A stretch of DNA of 61,524 bases from Akkermansiaceae bacterium (GTDB taxonomy: Bacteria; Gemmatimonadota; Gemmatimonadetes; Palauibacterales; Palauibacteraceae): the NCBI GenBank assembly GCA_964195715.1, contig CAXMRU010000243.1, forward strand, positions 1 to 61,524. The letters run 5' to 3'. The notes under the pieces are model-generated. The model was not told where the DNA came from, ran no database searches, and saw only the letters and a list, made by a program, of their open reading frames with translations. The position numbers and the translations under genes were made by a program. Of the stretch, positions 59,148-61,524 are shown one piece after another. Every line of letters begins with the position of its first letter. Position 1 is the first letter of the stretch.

Positions 59148-59410
59148 AACCTTTGAGCGTCCGTATCTTCCTGGTCGCTGCATCCGCCGCCGCCGCGGCC
59201 CTCTTCGCCGTGCAGAACGGAGGGGTGCGCGTACCGCTGTACCTGGGGGTGCTCACGATCCGCTCGGTCTCCCTGCCGGTCGTCGTCTTCGCGGCAGTCC
59301 TGCTGGGGATGCTCCTCGTCTTTCTGGCGGGACTGCGGGCCGACCTCCGAACGCGTCGGATGTTGCGGCGCTACCGTGAGGCGCTGGGCGGCTCGCACGA
59401 GGAGATCTGA
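59144..59410 (+). CDS. LapA-family small membrane protein
   Basis: LFAVQN motif, two TM helices, basic tail, GTGA overlap with miaB. Confidence 0.7.
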   Translation: MKPLSVRIFLVAASAAAAALFAVQNGGVRVPLYLGVLTIRSVSLPVVVFAAVLLGMLLVFLAGLRADLRTRRMLRRYREALGGSHEEI

Positions 59411-61524
59411 GCCGCGCACCAGGCGCAAGCCCCCGCCGCGTCCCGCCTCTCGCCCTCCTGGCTGCCTCCCTGGCCGTCGGGATCACCCTCGGCCTTCGAT
59501 TCCCCCTGGCGATCTCTGGCGGGGGGGCCGGGTTTCTGTGGTCCGTTCTCCTGGGGGTCTCGGCGCTGCCGCTTCTGGCCCGGGGCTCCCGATCGCGACC
59601 GGATGAGCGCAGACAATCCTCCATCTGGCTGATCTGCGGCCTCACGATCGCGGCCGGAGTGCTGCTTGGCTCATCATCCTCACTGCGTATCGCCTCCTCG
59701 TGTGCGCACGACCTCGAGACGGGGGATGTGCTCGTCGTGGACGGTCGGGTGAGAGAGAGGTCCGTGCCCGGCGGTCCCGCCCGTTTGACGCTCGTGGGAG
59801 CGAGTGTCACAGACGTCTTCGAGGCTCGCCGTTGTAGGGTGGGACGCCTCGTGATTCGCACGGATTCGGTACCGAGGATCCTCGCAGCGGGGGACGCTGT
59901 CAGCGTACGAGGGGAATGGGTGCGGCTCGGACGTCGGTCGCCGTGGCCCCGACGCCCGGGACGCACGGGGATTGTCGTGGGTCGGGTGGTGGACTCCCTT
60001 CGCGCGTCCAGCTCGTCAATCTCGAGCGAGGAAGGGCCGGTAGTGCGAGTTCTGAGCGGCGCGCGCGCCAGGGCGTCGAATCGCCTTCGCCGCCTCCTGC
60101 CTCCGGATGTCAGCGCTGTGGGGCGCGCGCTGATTCTCGCCGAGCGCGACGACATCCCGGGCTCGCTTCGCTCGAGGTTCGCGGAGGCCGGACTGGCGCA
60201 CCTTCTGGCGATCTCGGGACTCCATGTCGGACTGATCGGCGTCACGGTGGCCATGCTGCTCGGACTCCTCATGCAACCGGGGCGGGCGGCCATCTGCTCG
60301 GCGGTGGTCGTAGCCCTCTATGTCGCCACCATCGGGGCTCCCGCCTCTGCTGTGCGAGCGGCGCTCCTGCTCGCAGGATGGGCAGCCGCTCGGGCACGGG
60401 GGCGCCCCGCCCGCTCCTGGGACCTCCTGGGGGCGGCCGCGCTTCTCGCGCTGGTGGCGGATCCACTGGTGCTCGGCGAAGCGGGATTCCAGCTATCGTT
60501 CGCGGGATTCATCGGACTTGGAGCCGGCGTGACGGTGGCCCGAAATCTCGGCGACGCGGGCGGCTCTGCTCCGGGGATGCTCCGTCGGCGAATACGCCGC
60601 CTGCCGAGGAAGATCAGGCGCCGACTCTCATTGCTGGGGATGGCCGCGGCAGCCGGGACGGGAGCCTTCCTGGCCACCGCGCCCATTTCAGCAACGCATT
60701 TCCAGCACGTCGCCCCGTCTGCGCTCTTTTCACACTTCGCCGGTGCTCCCCTCGTGGGTGCCGCAATCGGCGCCCTGGCGATGACCCTCCTTCTGCCGCC
60801 GCCGCTGGACGGTGTGAGTGCGGAGGCTGCTGCGAGCGTGATCCGACTATTGACGATGGTCGCCGGCGCGATCTCGGACATTCCCGGCTCCCACTTCATC
60901 GTGCGGCCACCCTCGACCGTGGGCTGGATAGCGATCCTCCTCGCCCTGATCGGATTGTGGCGCTTTCTGAAGTGGGGTCGCCCGGCCTCGTCCCTGGTGC
61001 CACTCGGGGCGGCCGCAGCTCTCGTCCTCGCCGCACCTGCCCTATCGATTCGGCTTGCCGACGGGCGAAGCATCCTGTGCACGCTCGACGTCGGACAGGG
61101 GGATGCAGCGATTCTGAGGACGGGTGCGGGACGGTGGATCCTGTTCGACGCCGGACCCCGGTTTGGAAGCAGGGATGCCGGGCGCGACGTGGTCCTTCCG
61201 ATGCTCCGGCGCTACGGCGCTTCCAGGATCGACCTGTTCGTGCTGTCCCATCCGGACCTCGATCACGTTGGCGGCTTCGAGGCGATTCACGAGGCGGTTC
61301 CCGTGTTTCGCGTCCTCGACTCCGGTCACCCGATCCCCAAGCCGGGGTATGCGAGATTCCTGGCTCGCACGGAGGAGGACGGGATCCTGTGGCTCGCCGC
61401 GAAGAGGGGAGACCGGGTGACCCTAGATGACGTAGCGATCACGGTCCTCGGCCCAGCACCGGCGACTGAGAGCATCACTGGAGCGGCGAACGAGACGAGT
61501 CTCCAGCTCCGGGTGTCGATCGGC
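59407..61524 (+). CDS. comEC: DNA internalisation competence protein ComEC/Rec2 (3' end runs off the window)
   Basis: Not in the ORF track. The frame contains AHLLAISGLHV, SAVRA, GFQLSF, DVGQGDA and the metallo-beta-lactamase motif SHPDLDHVGG. Probable CTG start. Confidence 0.92.
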   Translation, partial: MSRAPGASPRRVPPLALLAASLAVGITLGLRFPLAISGGGAGFLWSVLLGVSALPLLARGSRSRPDERRQSSIWLICGLTIAAGVLLGSSSSLRIASSCAHDLETGDVLVVDGRVRERSVPGGPARLTLVGASVTDVFEARRCRVGRLVIRTDSVPRILAAGDAVSVRGEWVRLGRRSPWPRRPGRTGIVVGRVVDSLRASSSSISSEEGPVVRVLSGARARASNRLRRLLPPDVSAVGRALILAERDDIPGSLRSRFAEAGLAHLLAISGLHVGLIGVTVAMLLGLLMQPGRAAICSAVVVALYVATIGAPASAVRAALLLAGWAAARARGRPARSWDLLGAAALLALVADPLVLGEAGFQLSFAGFIGLGAGVTVARNLGDAGGSAPGMLRRRIRRLPRKIRRRLSLLGMAAAAGTGAFLATAPISATHFQHVAPSALFSHFAGAPLVGAAIGALAMTLLLPPPLDGVSAEAAASVIRLLTMVAGAISDIPGSHFIVRPPSTVGWIAILLALIGLWRFLKWGRPASSLVPLGAAAALVLAAPALSIRLADGRSILCTLDVGQGDAAILRTGAGRWILFDAGPRFGSRDAGRDVVLPMLRRYGASRIDLFVLSHPDLDHVGGFEAIHEAVPVFRVLDSGHPIPKPGYARFLARTEEDGILWLAAKRGDRVTLDDVAITVLGPAPATESITGAANETSLQLRVSIG

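Noticed and set aside
59521-59527. G7 tract in comEC as a phase-variation switch
   Set aside because: Short for slippage, unremarkable in GC-rich Gly codons, and the frame is intact.

Overview
GC-rich bacterial chromosomal core region, almost entirely on the + strand. The gene order and protein styles suggest Gemmatimonadota or another FCB-group diderm; this is inference. Content, in order: a partial QueD/PTPS gene; thpR, lepB and a short RpoD-type sigma factor; rplM-rpsI-rpsB-tsf-pyrH-frr; tilS-hpt-ftsH-folP-dacA; exbB-exbD-exbD-tonB; yggS-divIVA-ileS-dksA-lspA-rluD plus an HEXXH peptidase; tRNA-Val; a TPR protein; a near-complete dcw cluster (mraZ to ftsZ, no ddl) followed by an M23 peptidase, a vWA-like protein, ftsY and recG; asnS, mazG, alr-cdd, a lipoprotein plus beta-barrel pair, an alpha/beta hydrolase, miaB, lapA and a partial comEC. 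I see no prophage, transposase, CRISPR array or defence island, and no clearly new multi-gene system. The best leads are small: (1) a ~120-nt switch-like structured RNA ahead of lepB-sigma; (2) a probably leaderless membrane-protein gene whose stop codon lies inside tRNA-Val; (3) an IleRS2 with the swapped GVHH motif; (4) a CExxHGH dual-function PTPS; (5) a possible decayed uppS between frr and tilS; (6) a degenerate dispersed intergenic repeat; (7) CTG starts and leaderless promoters; (8) an uncharacterised lipoprotein/outer-membrane barrel module. All calls were made by eye from motifs, with no database searches.
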